Under the pieces are notes generated by a model. The model was not told the origin of the DNA, ran no database searches, and saw only the letters and a program-made list of their open reading frames with translations. Positions 38,081-53,155 of a stretch of 64,000 nucleotides of DNA are shown here, in pieces. The DNA is from Camelus ferus (Eukaryota). The stretch's first letter is position 1; the number at the start of each line of letters is the position of its first letter. The stretch is taken from positions 67,644,001 to 67,708,000 of the forward strand of contig NC_045697.1 in assembly GCF_009834535.1 (NCBI RefSeq). The letters are read 5' to 3'. The translations under genes were made by a program, and so were the position numbers.

Positions 38081-40184
38081 ACATTTACTGACAAGAAGAA
38101 AAATTCTGTTTTACCTAGTTATATAAAATTTCAAATGAAAAACTATAGGAAATGCAATTATTTGTCAGTGCATTTTCCATAACATCTGACCTGACCTAGG
38201 GCTAGTTTTCATTTGGATTGAATGCCTAAAAGATAATTGAATCTAAACAAAGAGAAATTTTCAACTTGTTTATTCTATTCTTCTTTCCAATAAACTGGGG
38301 TATTAATTATTTGTATTATAACAGAAAACAAAAAAGAAACACAGCTTCATAGGTCTTTTAATTAGTTAACCAAAAGTTCTTCAGTATAATTTAAAACCAT
38401 CATATGGGAAAAATGAAGCCATCACCAGTCAGCCAATGAGATGCCTATGGAAGTCAAGAGATTAACCTCTCTGGGCTCTGGGAAGAGATTACTTTGGAGA
38501 AGTAGGGTCGTCCCTCCCTTTCCCATCTCTAAATTTTTACTAAGGTTTTTCTTTTGAGTATGCTTTACTATCAACAGATCAATCAACCAAGTATTAATGA
38601 AGTTTTTATTGAAACTCTAGGAACTTTAACAGATCCAAAGATATAAAAATATGGTTCTTTACTAATATCATCTCATAATTAAGTTAAAAAAAGATAGTTC
38701 ACTGTTAATATACATACACTCAACTATCATAAACAAGGCAGTGTATGGCAAATGCTGAAAGAATACTGATGTTCTACTCCGTATGTGTTATAAAGGTTGA
38801 GGCATCACTCCTACTGTGTGGTCAAGAAAGGCTTCAGTAAAATGAGAGAGAGAATGAGGAACAGAGAGAAAGAGCGAGAGCAAGATCAAGAGAGAGAGAG
38901 AGAGTTGTAATTCTACCTTCACTATGCTTATCTCAGATACCAGGACTGTTTCCTAGTCCTAAGGAGTCTAAAATCGTCCCAAGAGCCCTTGGGGATGGAA
39001 AACCTCCACTGTACTTTCCCGCACCTTGCTAAGAGCATGCCTTTTGATCTCTGCAATGACTTAGATGTAAAACTCAACCTCTTCCTCAGCTGGCAGGTAA
39101 AAAGCATATACAGACAGAAAAAAAATGTTAATTTAGTAGATTTTATAGACTATTCAACTTATGGAAGAGGAAGTGGGTTAGGGAACAAATATTGCGCTAC
39201 TGGGAAGCCCTCACTACACTTTCCTCCCACCCAGTCCCCGGTGTCACGCCACCTCACTGCGTCCTCTCTGCTCTTCCCACTCCTAGTCTCTTTTCAGCAC
39301 TCCCTTTGTCCAGTTAGCACCCCATCCTCACACAGAAATCTTCTCATACTTTTTAAAAGATCTTATATGTTCTCTTTAGTTACTCCTAGGAAAATATTTC
39401 TACCATCATCTTTGTATATCCTAACCCTAAACAGAAGAGTCTTTTATTTGACATGGAGGAAACTTTTTATGTTAGAATTTCATCATTTGGAAGAATGATT
39501 ATAGTAAGTTCTAGGTAGGCACAGCAGAATTAGCAAAGACACAGAGGTGCAATGATCCATTGAGATTCTGATGCCAGCAAAAGGTTCTGAGACACTAATG
39601 GCAGATGGTAAATGCCAGCTCAATTAAAATTAGCTTTATATTTTAGATAGCAAGGATCTATTAGGATTTGTTGATCAGAATCTAAAAACAGATGAATAAA
39701 GGGAAAATAATCTAGATCTATTGAGTCCAGTTAAAATGTCATCGCAATTGTTCTGATCTAAATGCTGGCACCAGGAGACACACTGGCGCCATCAGGAGTG
39801 AGGAAATTAGAGAAACATCATGAAGAAACTATCAAGATTTTCTACTGTGTTGAAGCCAGTAAAATACTAGGTGCTCCGCAAGGTAGAAAATTTCAACAAA
39901 CAAAAACCTCTAACATGGGAGCTAATGATCTCACATAATAAACAGAATGCTTATCACATGCAAACTTCTGAATAAAGCAAGAGAGGAATAGTGTATCTAA
40001 CTCCAAAAATCACCTGAAAGGCTCAAGCAGTATTGCTCTGCAATTAACCATGTCAGTATAATGGAAATCCAACTTGACCTTTATAATATGAAGTTCAGTC
40101 TCATGAAGTGAACAAACATGTTCATAAACAGTAGTTTATAAACTGCAGTACTGAATGATTCATAATTTGCTAACATTAGAAGTA

Positions 40185-40320
40185 ATTCATGCATTCAGCC
40201 ATTTTATTGAGCAACTACTCTGTGGCTCAGAATGCCAGCTTGACCCTATGCTCAAGAGCTCATATTCTAATGGGGAAGGTAATGAAGTAGGAAACAATAA
40301 ATTTGAATGTACATAACGAT
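40185..40320 (-). mobile_element. L2 3' end
   Basis: 'attcatgcattcagccattttattgagcaactactctgtg'. Confidence 0.75.
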
Positions 40321-43032
40321 AGGATGAATGAACTGGCTGGGAGAAAATGAGCAGTGGGACTATCCTGATACAGGAGTGAGAAAAAAAGTGTGCATTTGGC
40401 TGTTCCAAGAGATGAATCATTGTATACCTTATTATTCTCTGAGAATCTGATTTAAGAAAAATATCTCTATTGCTTATGTCACTGTATTCAAATACTCCTT
40501 TTCTTCCTATATGCATGTAGGATGGAGAGAGGGAGGAAGGGAGACAATTTTCTATTTTCAACAAAAATCAAAGTCTTAAGCCAGAAAATAAAGCAGAATT
40601 TCTAGTACTGGTGTAAGAACCGTGTTGATGGGTAGAGATATGGAATCTTTTCTGTAATTATTGTGTGAAACTCCCCCTTTTAAAATATATGAGGCCAACT
40701 GGCTGCAAGTAAGTTCTGCAAGTCCTATGTTATTTACATAGCCTGTGTACACATGGAGGGATCCCAAATTTAGTTAAGAGCATCAACATCTTCCCTTTTT
40801 TTCTTACAAAATTTGTTCATGTTAAATTCATTTTATTTGTTCAGAAATTTGTCAAGGCAGTATGCTGGAGGAATGAGACATTGTTCCTGACTCTGGAGAA
40901 CTCATTGGTTGACAAATTTTCTTTCTTCTTTGTAAAACTTCTTAGTGCCCATGTATTGTCCTAATTCTATGCTTGCTTCTCTCAATTCTGTACTATTACA
41001 TCCTCATCCTTCTCTTCCTTCTTTTATTCACAGAAAACCATTAAACTTTTTTTCTTTAGGTACTGTCAGTAAACAGCCTGCCTAGAGGTTCCACAACCAG
41101 CACTGATAGAAATGTCAGTGTTTAGTACAAGGACCTGGGGTGGGAGGTGGGATTTTGTAAGAAGCATTAAATATGCTTTCTTTTATCATAAGTTAAGTAA
41201 ATGGGAAGGAAGCCCTGGAGAGCTTAAATGCTTTCTGGTGGTGCTTTCTTCAGAAGATGGAGAGAGAAAAAAGGATCAATGATGTAGTATCTTATACAAG
41301 ATGCGCTTGAGATCAGATCTCTTTATTATTACTCAGCGAGGCTTTCCAATCTTGAACACATAATCGGGAAGATTTATGGTCCACGGAAATTGTAATTTAG
41401 GCACTCTCCAACAAAATGCCTAAGGAGGAGAGAAATATGTATCTAGTATTGGTGCAAGAAACGTGTTGATATGTATCAAGAAGAAATAAAATAAGAATCA
41501 ATACAGAAGTGTTTTTATAGATATAGATAGAAATATCTGTGATAACAGTTGAAGAAAAATAACATTATATCAGGAATGTAAGTGAAAAATTAGTGTAACT
41601 TCTTCTGCAAACAACCAGATTATTTTATGGCAAATATTTGTCAGGTTATATACAGCACAAAAAATGGTATTCACCATCTAAAACAAGAAAAGATAAAATG
41701 GAGATTTGCAGACATATACTAAGTGGGGAAAAATCAGATAATTTAAGAACTAGTAATGGACAGTGTTTTTCTTTACAAAATTTCTCGATCTTGATAAAAA
41801 TTTTCTCTGAAGTCACATTTCACCATAATGGGACTGTATATATAAAAGTTACCAATGGAAAACTTTAAAAAAAGTACCAATGAACTCTACACCCTGCCAG
41901 ACAGTGAGAACAAAATTTCTTAGTCATTTCTGCCCTCGCCTTTGTCCCCTAAAGTGGCTACTCTGATTGGGGTTTCTCTTCTCCTACTCTGTCCCCAAAG
42001 CAATGCTCAGCCCAGCCTCCTGCCACTAAATCTATATTATAAAGTGTATTTTCTCCTTCTTGTGCTAATGTAATCATTGTTTAAAATGTGTTGGTTTTAC
42101 ATGATTGAGTACAAAGTGACGGAGTAACACTTCCATCCCTTTACATACTGAAGACTATAGAAATGTAGGCTCTTTTTTCTAGAGTAGGTATTCTTAATCC
42201 TGGTTCTAGCTGTTCATTTATGTGTTTAAGAATTAGAGATTGTTGGGTAACAATGAAAAATAAACCCTGAGCTCCTTTCTGGTTGCACAATTTGTCAGTG
42301 GTGAACCAAAAATATTAGAGTACGTGGGGGAATCCATGACGGTATCTCTCGTAGCTGTAGCTTTACTGGGAAAACATTTCACAATGCTAAGCATGGACTT
42401 TAGCCTCATTTCAACTTTAAAATCATAAGCTGAACTGACAGCTGAGTCATTAATCTCTTCCAGTCAAAGTAAAGAAAAAAATCAGGAAATACTGTTATTT
42501 TATAATAGTACATGTTCTATTTAAGTCTTCCCCATGGGGCATGCATTTTATCCCACTGCACATAACAAAACATTTTTCTCCATCTCAAAACTCCTGTTTT
42601 GTCATTACAACCTACCACAACATTTTTAGTTATATTTGTTTGGAGCATCTCTTTTCTCTAACTCAGTGTAGTCTAATCTTGCCCTGTTTCGTGCCCGGGG
42701 CAACTCCTGGGCAAGCAGAGCCACGCTTCGGGAATGCCCGGCACAGAGAGAAAGGGAGAAGCTGCTCTCCTGTTGTTCTGTGAAGGGCAAGCACTCGGGC
42801 AGTTGCATAGTTGCAGCATCTTTGGTGTTGCTGGTGGCGGTCACAGCGTATGATGATTTTAACAAATAAGTACCTTTTATAGGTATAGGGTACTTTTGAA
42901 ATGTGTGGTTTGCTTTGAAATATATCTGTTAGGTAGAAAGGGCAAGATATTTTCTCATCTACATTTTTTTAGATAACGAAGCAAACACAAACAATATTCA
43001 GGGTATAACTGAAGAGGTCATTTACTTGTGAT

Positions 43033-43612
43033 TGCCAGGCTGTAAAAGTACCGCAGGTACAGCAATTGTGATGCTCACTGTGGAGCCGGCTGGCACTCTG
43101 CAGAGTCATGAAACCCCCACTCCAGGGCTCTGTGTGCCTAGAGCCACTGACAGCTTAACCCCTACTGCCCCAGGCAGGACCGCTCCACATACCTGCATTT
43201 CTGCAGGATTTAAAACAAAACAAAACAAAACATCTCTTGATGTGTATTTACCTAACAAAACCCATCGCCCCAGGAGATAGCCTGTCTCACAATACCCTAG
43301 GCTGATAGACCTCACATCCTGCCGTTGTCAGAGTTGTAAATCCTATTTTCAGAATAGTCCCTGGCAGATCTTACAACCAATCAGAACCTGTGCATGAATT
43401 GATCAGTGGATAGTGCAGCCCCCCTAATCCTTGTGTGCACAGCCCCTTCCCCCAGTAAAAGACCTGCAGGTTCTCCCTGGTGCTCGTCTGTGTGGCCGCT
43501 GTCATCCATGGCAGCGTAATCTAATAAACTCCTTTCCTATTCTCATCACTTGCCTTTGGTAAATTCTTTTACCAAGCCGTGTCACCAGCCCGCTGCATGG
43601 TGTCCCACAACA
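43033..43612 (+). mobile_element. ERVL-class solo LTR (MER74/MER73/MER54 group)
   Basis: TG...CA ends, CCAAT at 43377, AATAAA at 43523, 'ggtaaattcttttacc' U5 motif. Confidence 0.7.
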
Positions 43613-44054
43613 CTCCCCACTCCTTACTATCAGCTTTTCAGAGGATTGGAAACGCGACAAGGTAAGTTGATATTAGTCTCCCACATCTCCTCTAAGTGGA
43701 TTCCAATTGCGGAAATGTTACAAGGAGCGGCAGACAATCAAGAAACTGCTGTGTGTAGCTGGTGCCAGGACTATAACCGGGTCTCAAGGATTCTCACTGT
43801 GTCCAGCCTCCTTTACTTCTTCAAAATGACCAGAAATATGACCGATGTTACAAATGAATAGTAAAAATAAGTAAAGTTGATATTCTTTTCATCCTAAAGT
43901 TATAATGAAGAATGATAAAACTTTAAAGAAAATGTTTCAAGAGAAGGTTTTAACTACCTTGTTCTTTATTTCTTCTTTATTACATACTGGATGGCTAATA
44001 TAATAAACTAGAATGCCTAAATACAAAAAATAGTGATGATAAGAGTTTTCATAA

Positions 44055-44334
44055 TATTCACAGCAAAACAGAAACAGACTCACAGATACAGAGGAGAAAC
44101 TAGCGGTGACCAGTGGGGAGAGGGAAGGAGAGAGAGGCACGTTGAGGGTTTGAGATTCAGAGATATAAATTAGCGTGTATAAAGTAGGAAAGCAACAGGA
44201 TACAATGTACAGCACAGGGAATTACAGTCATTATCTTATAACTTTTAATGGAATATAACCTGTAAAAATACTGAATCATTATGCTGCACACCTGAAGCTA
44301 ATACTGTAAATCACTATACTTCAGTTACCAAAAA
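44055..44334 (+). mobile_element. 5'-truncated lineage-specific L1 3' end
   Basis: 'acagactcacagatacagag...cagcacagggaattac'; perfect TSD AAGAGTTTTCATAA at 44041-44054 and 44335-44348. Confidence 0.9.
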
Positions 44335-45413
44335 AAGAGTTTTCATAAACTCATACGTGGTTCTTTAAGATCATACATACATAGTGTCTGAAATGGATGC
44401 ATTCAAATTTTTTTTATCAAGTTAAGACATTGTGCTTGATAATTATGAATGATATTCAATATACAAGACTGTTCTTAGCTAAAGGACTTTTATGTAAAAC
44501 ACATTTTCTCATGGAATTTTCAGTGTCCTTAATGCAAGTAACGCAGTTTAATAATCATCTCTTGTGAGCCAGGCTCTGCTTCCCAGAGTCTTTCATTGCC
44601 ACAATAATTTCTTAAAGTTGAACTTAAAAGGTGAAGAATTTGTCCAAGGATAAAAAGTAAAAAGTTAGTGATTGGCAAAACTAAGATTTAATTTCAGAAA
44701 TGTGCTTTCAGAAGCTAAATTATTTTCTTCATCTTATTCAGTAAACTTTTTTTTTTTAGATTATATATTTTACAGAATGAAATTTTAAGGAGATGGCCAT
44801 ATTACAGGATAACAATCTAAGAATAAGAATTTAACAATTCATTTTAAATGTGATTCTTGAATTTAAGATATCCAATAGAAAAAAATGGAAAAAAGAATGC
44901 TGAAAACTGATTAATGGTTTGGAAATCAAATGACAAAGTTCCCCACAACACAAAGTAACCCTATAAAGACCTGGAAACCAAGAGTGAGTGCAACAAGAGA
45001 AATGGAGAACAAATGCAGGGAATTCATTACACAGTAGGCATCTGGGATGCAATGAAAAAGCCATTAGATAAACACATGAACCATGAATAAAGCACTCACA
45101 TAGGCTGAAAGAGCTGAGTTTCTAAGTCATACCTACCAAGTTACTGAAAAGAAGGTGCATACCCAGACCTGGCCTGCTGAGATTTCCTCAGCTCCAAGCT
45201 TAAGCTGGAAAAACATATAAACTTCATGAAAGCAAAGGAAAGTGAGTCAATTTTGTGTCCCTCATCTCATTTGTACCAATGAGATCTGGAAGACAGTATG
45301 ACACTCTGAACCAAGAACTCTTTATTTTCCAAAAAAAGAAAAAAAGAAGAAGAAGAAAGAAGAAAATCAAAAACAAAGAAAGAAAAGAAGAGAGAAAAGC
45401 TAGCAAGCTAAGT

Positions 45414-45436
45414 ACACACACACACACACACACACA
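45414..45436. repeat. (CA)n microsatellite, preceded by a purine-rich GA/A tract at 45331-45399
   Basis: Direct reading. Confidence 0.9.
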
Positions 45437-47150
45437 GGGAGTATATACACTTTCTGAGACAATTTTAAGAGATACACACATTCTGAGAAAATAATTCAAG
45501 AACATCCTACATTTGAATGAAAATTATATCAGAACATCTAAAAATAGGAGGCAAATTAATTAGAGAAGCACTGATAAAAATGAACTCAGTAGAATACATA
45601 TTGAATCCAAATTGATGATAATAAAACAACGTGAGAACAATACTGTTGGTATAAGAAGGATCCTGTAAGAGAAAAATAACTGGGACTTAAAATTCAGTTT
45701 ATTTAATAAAACTTAAGAACTTGTATGGGTTGGAAAAATCAGGAGGTAAATGTGTAAAATATTTTGTGTAAGTGGAAGTAAGCACTTACAAATTGTTTGG
45801 TTTTGGTAAATGAAGAAATCTATGCTTAAGAGTAACCATTTAATGATGAAGACAAACACTGAGGGAAACATATATGTACATACACAGGAACTTGAAATTA
45901 CTGACTGGAGGGAAACAAATTGTTCAACCAAATAAACAAAAGGAATAGTGAAGACAACAGGAAGAATATTGAATAACAAAAGTCAAGTAGGATAGGAGAA
46001 ATAAGCTCAAATGTATATATTATTAGAATAACTGTAAATAAGGCACAGTTCTCTATTGAAAAGCAGTACTTTCAGTTGAATTAGAAATTTCCTGCAATTT
46101 ACTGATTGCTAGAGAAACGATACCTATTTGAAAGTTAAAATGTGTTAAGAGAAAGATACGGTCAAAGAGAAACTAGAATGTAAATTAAAGTGAAATGCTC
46201 TGATGAGAGGACATTAATATTTATTGAGTGTTTATAATGTTGCAAAAAGTTTGTTTTGTGAGAAAGGCTTTATTATCCCTGTTTTAAAGATGAAAATAAT
46301 AAGGCATAAAAAGTACAGGCAATTTACCTGTTGACTAGTACTCCTATGAATAGGATTTCAATACAAGATTTGATTCACAATTCTTTATGCTATCCATTAC
46401 ACCAAACTTCATTACCTAAGCGCACAACAAATGTATGGTTAAGTACCTCCACATACTTACAGCAGCTAAGCTGTCTGTTATGAACAGAGGTGACCACCTA
46501 TTCCTAACCTTTAAATTAACAGATACACCAGATAGCTAACATTCACCATTATAATCAGATATTTATCATGACACAGTGGTAGAATAGAATAGAAAGAACC
46601 AAAACTTATTCAATTTTAAATGGGCCTTTTATTTGTGATAGTGATGGAATTATCTGCCAGTAAAAAAAAAAGCTGAACTGTTTAATAATGGTGTTTGGCA
46701 ACTGACTAACTATTTGGAAGAATATAAAATTAGAGCCAAACATCTCATCATACATGTAAGTCTATTTCCATGGGAGCTCAAAATGTAAAAATAATTAAAT
46801 AATCAAGTAAATTAAATAAAAAGGATTGGGTGGAAATATCAGGGTATTTGGGAGTGGATATGATCTTATTCCCAGAGTCCACGAAGAAAAGGAAATTGAA
46901 CTACATTACTTTACAAAAATGGTGAAGTCAGTAAGAAGGCAAAAATGGTTTAGGAGAAAATACTGACAACATATTGAGCAGAAAATATGTTCTTTTCTTT
47001 TTTAAACAAAATGATTCTAAAACATCTAAGGAAAACATAAATAAGCAAACAGACATAAACCAACACCATAGTGGGCAAGGGATATACTCAAAAATTTTAG
47101 AGAAAGAGAAATACAAAAGCCCAATAAACTTGTGAATAGACATTCACTCT

Positions 47151-47790
47151 TAGGTTCTGTTTCTCCCGCAAATGACCAGACACCCAGGTTCCCACCCTGA
47201 GGAGGGTGACCTCCTTGCTTGGGGTCAGATGTTCTGTGCCTATCATCTTGAAATTCCTAATAATTTCATTTTTGAATTGAGGTTTTGTAAGTGATCTCTG
47301 AGAGGACATTTAGAGCATGTGCCTGGCTTCTGGAGGTCCAGCCTCTTCCCACCTTCCTGCCCCCTGTCACTTCCCTGAGATGAGTTCCTCCTCCACCTCC
47401 CTGCTGGGGACAGAGATCAGCTTGTGTGGCTGGGGAAGGCCCTTAGTTTTCTGTTGCCCTTGGAGACAAGGGGTCTAAGCAGGGGGTGGAAGACGGCAGG
47501 TCCTGCACTTGCTCCAGGTGGTCCCCCGGGGCAGGTCAAGGCAGAGGTGGCCCAGTCTTGGCTGCCAGCCTCACTGCTGCTTTAGCGAATTACTTGGCTT
47601 GTCTTTCTTGCCCACCTAAAACCAGGTACTGAGTGTGCCCAGTTGTGAAGTCTTCAATCCCTTGTTAGTCACCCATAATCAGTGGGGGCAGGGCTGGGCC
47701 GTGACAAGGGGAGGCTGTCTTCCCAGATCTCGGCCAGGACCCTGCACTTACATTTTGTCCCAGGCCCTACAGATCATGTAGCTGGCCCTG
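47151..47790 (+). mobile_element. hAT-Tip100 MITE (MER45-like)
   Basis: 'catcttgaaattcctaataatttcatttttgaa', end 'atgtagctggccctg'; decayed 8-bp flanks ttcactct/ctcactag. Confidence 0.8.
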
Positions 47791-50700
47791 CTCACTAGCA
47801 GTCAGTCAGGGTAAGGAATAAAACAACCATGTTATTCCTATCAGTGCCCAGGAAGGGGTGGGGAAATGAGTCCTCTCCATGCTGCTGGTGTGACTGTGGA
47901 ACATTGTCTACAGTATTTTTTCAAATTTTAAAAGCTCTTATGCTGCTTCAGCAATCCCACCGTGGGGAATATTTCAGATATTAAGTCAAAATTTATTAAA
48001 TATTAATATTATTAAGTGAAAATAACAGTATTATGTCAACATAAATTTCAGAGATATTCATTGCATCATCATTTATGGAAGCAAAAATTGGGCAAAATCT
48101 GCACTTCCACCCAAGGAGGAATGGTTAAATTGGTTCCTTTAAACTATGGAATACTGGGAAGCTAAGAACATAAAATACAGTACATATGGCTACAACAGTC
48201 AAGTGAAAAAGACACAGAATGTTATGTTTGATATAATCCCATATTGTTAAAAATTTAATAAAAAACCAATACATGTGGAATTATGTATTGGAAGAGGACG
48301 ATAACAGGAACCGATTTGTACTAAACTGACAATGGTGGGTAAGTCTGGGGGGTAAGGAAGGCGTAAAGCTGAGGAAGGCAGAGGCTCATGATTTTTAAAT
48401 TTCCTATTATTTACTTTGGCATTTAAATGATATGAACATATTTTATATTTACCTTTGTAAATCATTAGAATGAATTATATACATATATGTGGTTAATGAA
48501 TATGTTAATGAATACATATTTATATGCACATATATGGATATGATGTACTTTCATGCACATACAAATGAGACACACAACCCTAAGAAGCTAAATATCTTGT
48601 GATTGCATAGGAATTAAGGGTTGCACCAAAATCTGTATCTTTTTTTGAGAGCAGATAGATTACAACAGTAAACAAAGTATTAATAGTGTGTACTTTGGTA
48701 AAATCTGTGATCTGATTTTAAATATCCAATCAGGCATCGCATGTAAGAAAACAAAAAAGAGAGGCAAACACTTCCCTTGTATCTCTTTCCTAGGACTTAG
48801 GTGTCGCTTTTTAACTTTCTGGAAGAAAATCCAGATTTTGCCGATTTTGTTGATTTTATATAAATCTGTTGGTTACTAATGTACTAACTTAAATCCTCAG
48901 CCTCACTTGAGCCCCATTTCTTTAGTTTGATTCTAAATTGATAAGCCCAGGAATAGCATCTCCTTCATCACAGTCTCTTCTACGGCTGTCTCTGACTTTC
49001 TGGCCTTAAAAGAAATCTCTGTTTCCCTGGGTTTGTATCCAGCCTTTAACGTCTTAGGCATTGTCCACAGATGCTGACCTCCCTTTCCTATATTTTAATT
49101 ACTGTTTTGAGGGAGTATTTCAGAGTCTTACTGAAAAATGGCTAATTCAGCTATTGTACAAGAAGAAGAAAAAAACAATATTCTTTATCCTAGAATCAAG
49201 GAGAAATAAAATGTCCTTATAAATTCATCTCTATGCCTTCAAAGCTGTAATGTTTCTTAGGCTGATTTAGTGATATCCTTTTCTGCACTGTTTTGCTAAG
49301 GGTGGGGGTACGTTCTCCAGCTATACTACCCATTAGTATCAGAGAAAGCACCTCTTACACTGCAAAGTACTATCCAGATAACACTTACTGCTGTTATAAT
49401 GATTCCATGTGATTTGGGGGCACGTAAAATGAATACACTTTCTCTTTCCCATCATCCGCTGAGCTGAGCATCATGTTTGCCAGGTGACAAATTTTAAATC
49501 CAAGCTTAAGGTTTGATTACTATATAAATTCTGGCATCACATTTAATAAATCACACACAGAAGGCAGACCACTGTTTTATTACCCCCCCACACACACTCC
49601 TTGTCTTGCACCAAATCACACACCATGCAAAGCCCTAAGCTGTAAAATAATATGTAATTTTGAAAGCATGGGAGCAAGGGATGTCCTCAAATGCTGATGT
49701 TGTTTACGGAAGAATTTCTGAGCATGGTTACAGTTGTGAAAATTCAGTGGAGATTTCCCCTCCCTGCTGCTGACATCCACTGTAAAGTTAGTAACTCAAA
49801 ATTCCTTCTACTTTATTGCAGGCGCAATACTTAGGAGTGCTTTCAAAGAAAACTAAGCTTTCTATGTGCACAGAATTGATATTTATAGAAAGACATTACT
49901 TCTCTTGAAGAGCTGTCCTTATTTGAAGGGGGAGGTGGTCTGTAATTTTCTTGTTGATTGTGTGTATGCATGTGTGTGTGTTGAGCCAGTGCCCTAGGAC
50001 ATGGGATTTTGTTGAAGAAATATTTTTTGATGTTGCTTTACTCCATTAGATGCATAAATCACTATTCTACAGTCTGTTCTGTTAAGCTCAGTGACTCATC
50101 ACACTTAGTCGCTTGCCCTCAATCCTTCCCCTTCTTTTCTCCATTAGGTATTAACTGGAACCTGCTTTCTAATTCTGAGCAATTAAAGAAGCATAGTTAA
50201 TCTTCTTAGGAGCTAAATGTAAAATGACAAAGTATGTGGTAACATCCTTTTAGCACTCCATTTATTCCAATGTAATTTCTGAAGCAAGAAAGAAATCCCA
50301 CAGTTCATTTAATTAATGTATTACTACAAGTGAGATAGATTGAGAGCAGAAAGAACTCTCCCGCCACAAAAAAATCTAGAGTTGTTATCACACTACTATT
50401 AAGAAAAGAATAGTCAGAATATTCTGTTGTCCAAAAAGCAGCTGTAAGGAATGAGAGCTGCCTACTCCTCAGCTGTTGTTACCTGTACAGGGAAAGACGT
50501 TTAAAAATTGACAACCAAAAGCAATTAGCGCAGGGTTTGTACCCACTTTCTCTCCTTATTTTTCCCCATTCTTCTTCCTTTCATTCTCCTTTCTCTGGAT
50601 AGTATTTTTTCCTTAAATTTCATCTCCTCCCTTTATTTTATAGTCTCTGAAAACACAGTTAATCACTGTGTGATTATCAAGTGAAGGACTCTGGTAAATT

Positions 50701-52074
50701 TGCTAAAGAGTTAAGAGGTATTTAATATTTTATTGATATACTAAACCACTCTTTACTGACCTCATATGTAGAACGCAGTTATTTTTCAAAAGTTCTAAAC
50801 ATTACAACAGTGTTCATCTACACAATTCTTAGGGTCAAACTAATTTTAGATGGAATCATTTGTCCTATTTTGAAAGATTTTCAGATATTTGTGATATTTA
50901 ATTTGTGTAAATTCAGTGGAAATGTTAAGTTACTTAATGAGTTAACACATGTGGTAAAGTCTTTAAAGTTCTCAAATGATTTCTCCAATACAATTCTGTA
51001 AAGGCTAAGGTTAAGGTTATAATTTAAATTTTCTCTTATTATCAGATGCATCAATAAAAAAGGTTCATGGAAGCAAGTCTTCAAATTATATTTAACGAAC
51101 ACTCTTAGTCTTTGCAAAAATATGCAATTATATGAAATCACTGTGACCAGAACTTTGTCATTTAAGGTTTTCACTCTGAGGTTAAATTTATAAGGTTTTT
51201 GCCTGGAGTTTCTAAGAGGCATGAGTTATTTTAATAAAATAATATATTACTAAAATAATATTCATGTTGGCAATGGGAATAAAATAACAAAATTAAAAAG
51301 GGAGAGTTATAAGGAGTCATCCTAGACATTATCTAAAACAAGTCCTCAAGGCTCTCTCTGTTCTGCAGAATATTATTGCACTTTTACCATATATACATAT
51401 GGTATACATACATACCATATATATATATGGTCCTTTATTACATGCATGTATGATTGTCCAGCATAATTTCTTTCTTTTAGTTTTAATAAAATAATTATAA
51501 AAGAAAAGTTTACTTTTTTCCTTCTGGACTCAATTGGACCATTTTGTATATTCCCAGTGGAAAACACTCTTAAAGATACTGAATTTGACAGATAATTTGA
51601 AAGAGTTATTCTGTTAGCTAATTAATTGCAAAATCTAGTTGGAAAATAAGTTATCTGACCCTATGTCCAGAAATTCCTTGACCATGTTGGATTGCCTGTC
51701 TGATAATTTAAATAATTTCATGTATCTCTGATTATTAATCCAATAAACATATCACTTCCATTTATTGAACGTCCACTGAGTACAAGGAAAATGTGAACCA
51801 ATTTTCTTCTTTATAGAAGACAACTTGAGGTCATACAGCCTGAAGAGTTACTCTGTGTCCTTGATAGTTGGCTAGTAAAATCAGATAATTCAATATAAAA
51901 GGATATGTTGTGTCACTGGGTTTTAAACTAATAAGAATAGAAAGGAGAAGAGCTAATGGAAAGAAATGATTCAAGAAAACACCTCTACAGAAGAAAGTTC
52001 TGTGTCAAGGAGCCTTGGCAGTGAACCAACAAGAAATCTACAAGGGCTCTTTGAATCATGGCTTTCCTGATTTG

Positions 52075-52150
52075 CTAGTTCATGTTAATTCATACATTCA
52101 TTCACTCAACAGCTACTTATTGAGCGCCTACGTTGTCACAGGCACCATGC
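52075..52150 (-). mobile_element. L2 3' end
   Basis: 'cattcattcactcaacagctacttattgagcgcctac'. Confidence 0.75.
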
Positions 52151-52789
52151 CCCCATGCCCTCTACTCCCCTCACACCACCTCCTCCCAAGTCCCACAGGC
52201 CCATTGTCTTATGTGATTTTCACATAGACAAATTCATTCTGACAATCTCATTGCATTTATTTCACTCAGGTTCAACATGTCTGGGTTTTGTTTTTATGCG
52301 TTATGGGAGATATATATTTGAAATTAGAGCAAATAAAGAAAGAAAGATCTGTATGTTTAAATTATCTTGGGGGAAAAGAAGCATCATCAACAGGGAAATC
52401 AGACAGTTAAGGAGAACATATGCTTCCAAAACACAAAAGACTACTCTGAGCTATAAAGAATGTACTGCAAATTTAAGCCAATATTTGAAGGTTTTTAGTT
52501 GTTGATCATCAGTTACTGGAGAAAATAAATAACTGTCTCTAAATATCTTGAGGTTATTTTGCAGCATGTCTGCTACATGTAACTATCAACAGTTATTTTC
52601 TAGCACATATCATTTTCTTAAACTAAAAAAAAAAAAATGAAAAGGTAGAATATTATCAAATTCTTGCCCTGTAAAAGTTGTAAAGTACTTGTATTCCTTC
52701 TAAAACCTTATTTGCCATAATTAAATATATTTAAAAGTTATCACTGGTAAATCTGGATTAAATCTGAAAACATATTGAATAAGAAATAC

Positions 52790-53035
52790 AATAATAAAAC
52801 ACTGGTATTACTGCATATTTGCAACATGCTAGGGACTAATCTCTATGTTTTAGACAAACTGCTTCATTTGTTTTTATGCAAGCCCTATAGGATAATTCTC
52901 TTATTAACCCCGTTCTGCATGTATGAAAACTAAAACTTCAGAGATCCAATGATGTCACCTAGCTAGTAAATTATAGATCCAGGATTAAAAACACCTAGGT
53001 GTGTCTGACTAGAGTCTCCTCTCCTCAATCACTGC
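52790..53035 (-). mobile_element. MIR SINE
   Basis: 'gtcacctagctagtaaat...ggtgtgtctgactagag'. Confidence 0.65.
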
Positions 53036-53155
53036 TACGTTTCCATGCTGCTACGTTTATCTTACAAACCCACATCTAAAAAGGATGGCAAGTGCCAACT
53101 GCATTCACTAAGGCCCTCTTATCCATAATAATTGTCAATTATTTTAAAATAATTT

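Larger units (their letters stand above)
45070..48465 (+). mobile_element. Very old L1 (L1ME-like) remnants spanning ORF1 to 3' UTR, interrupted by MIR (~46210-46400) and MER45
   Basis: 'aataatggtgtttggcaactgactaactatttggaag', 'cagcaatcccac', 'ctatggaatact'. Confidence 0.6.

Noticed and set aside
38989..39498. 169-aa ORF
   Set aside because: Non-ATG start, no recognisable domain, no convincing splice boundaries
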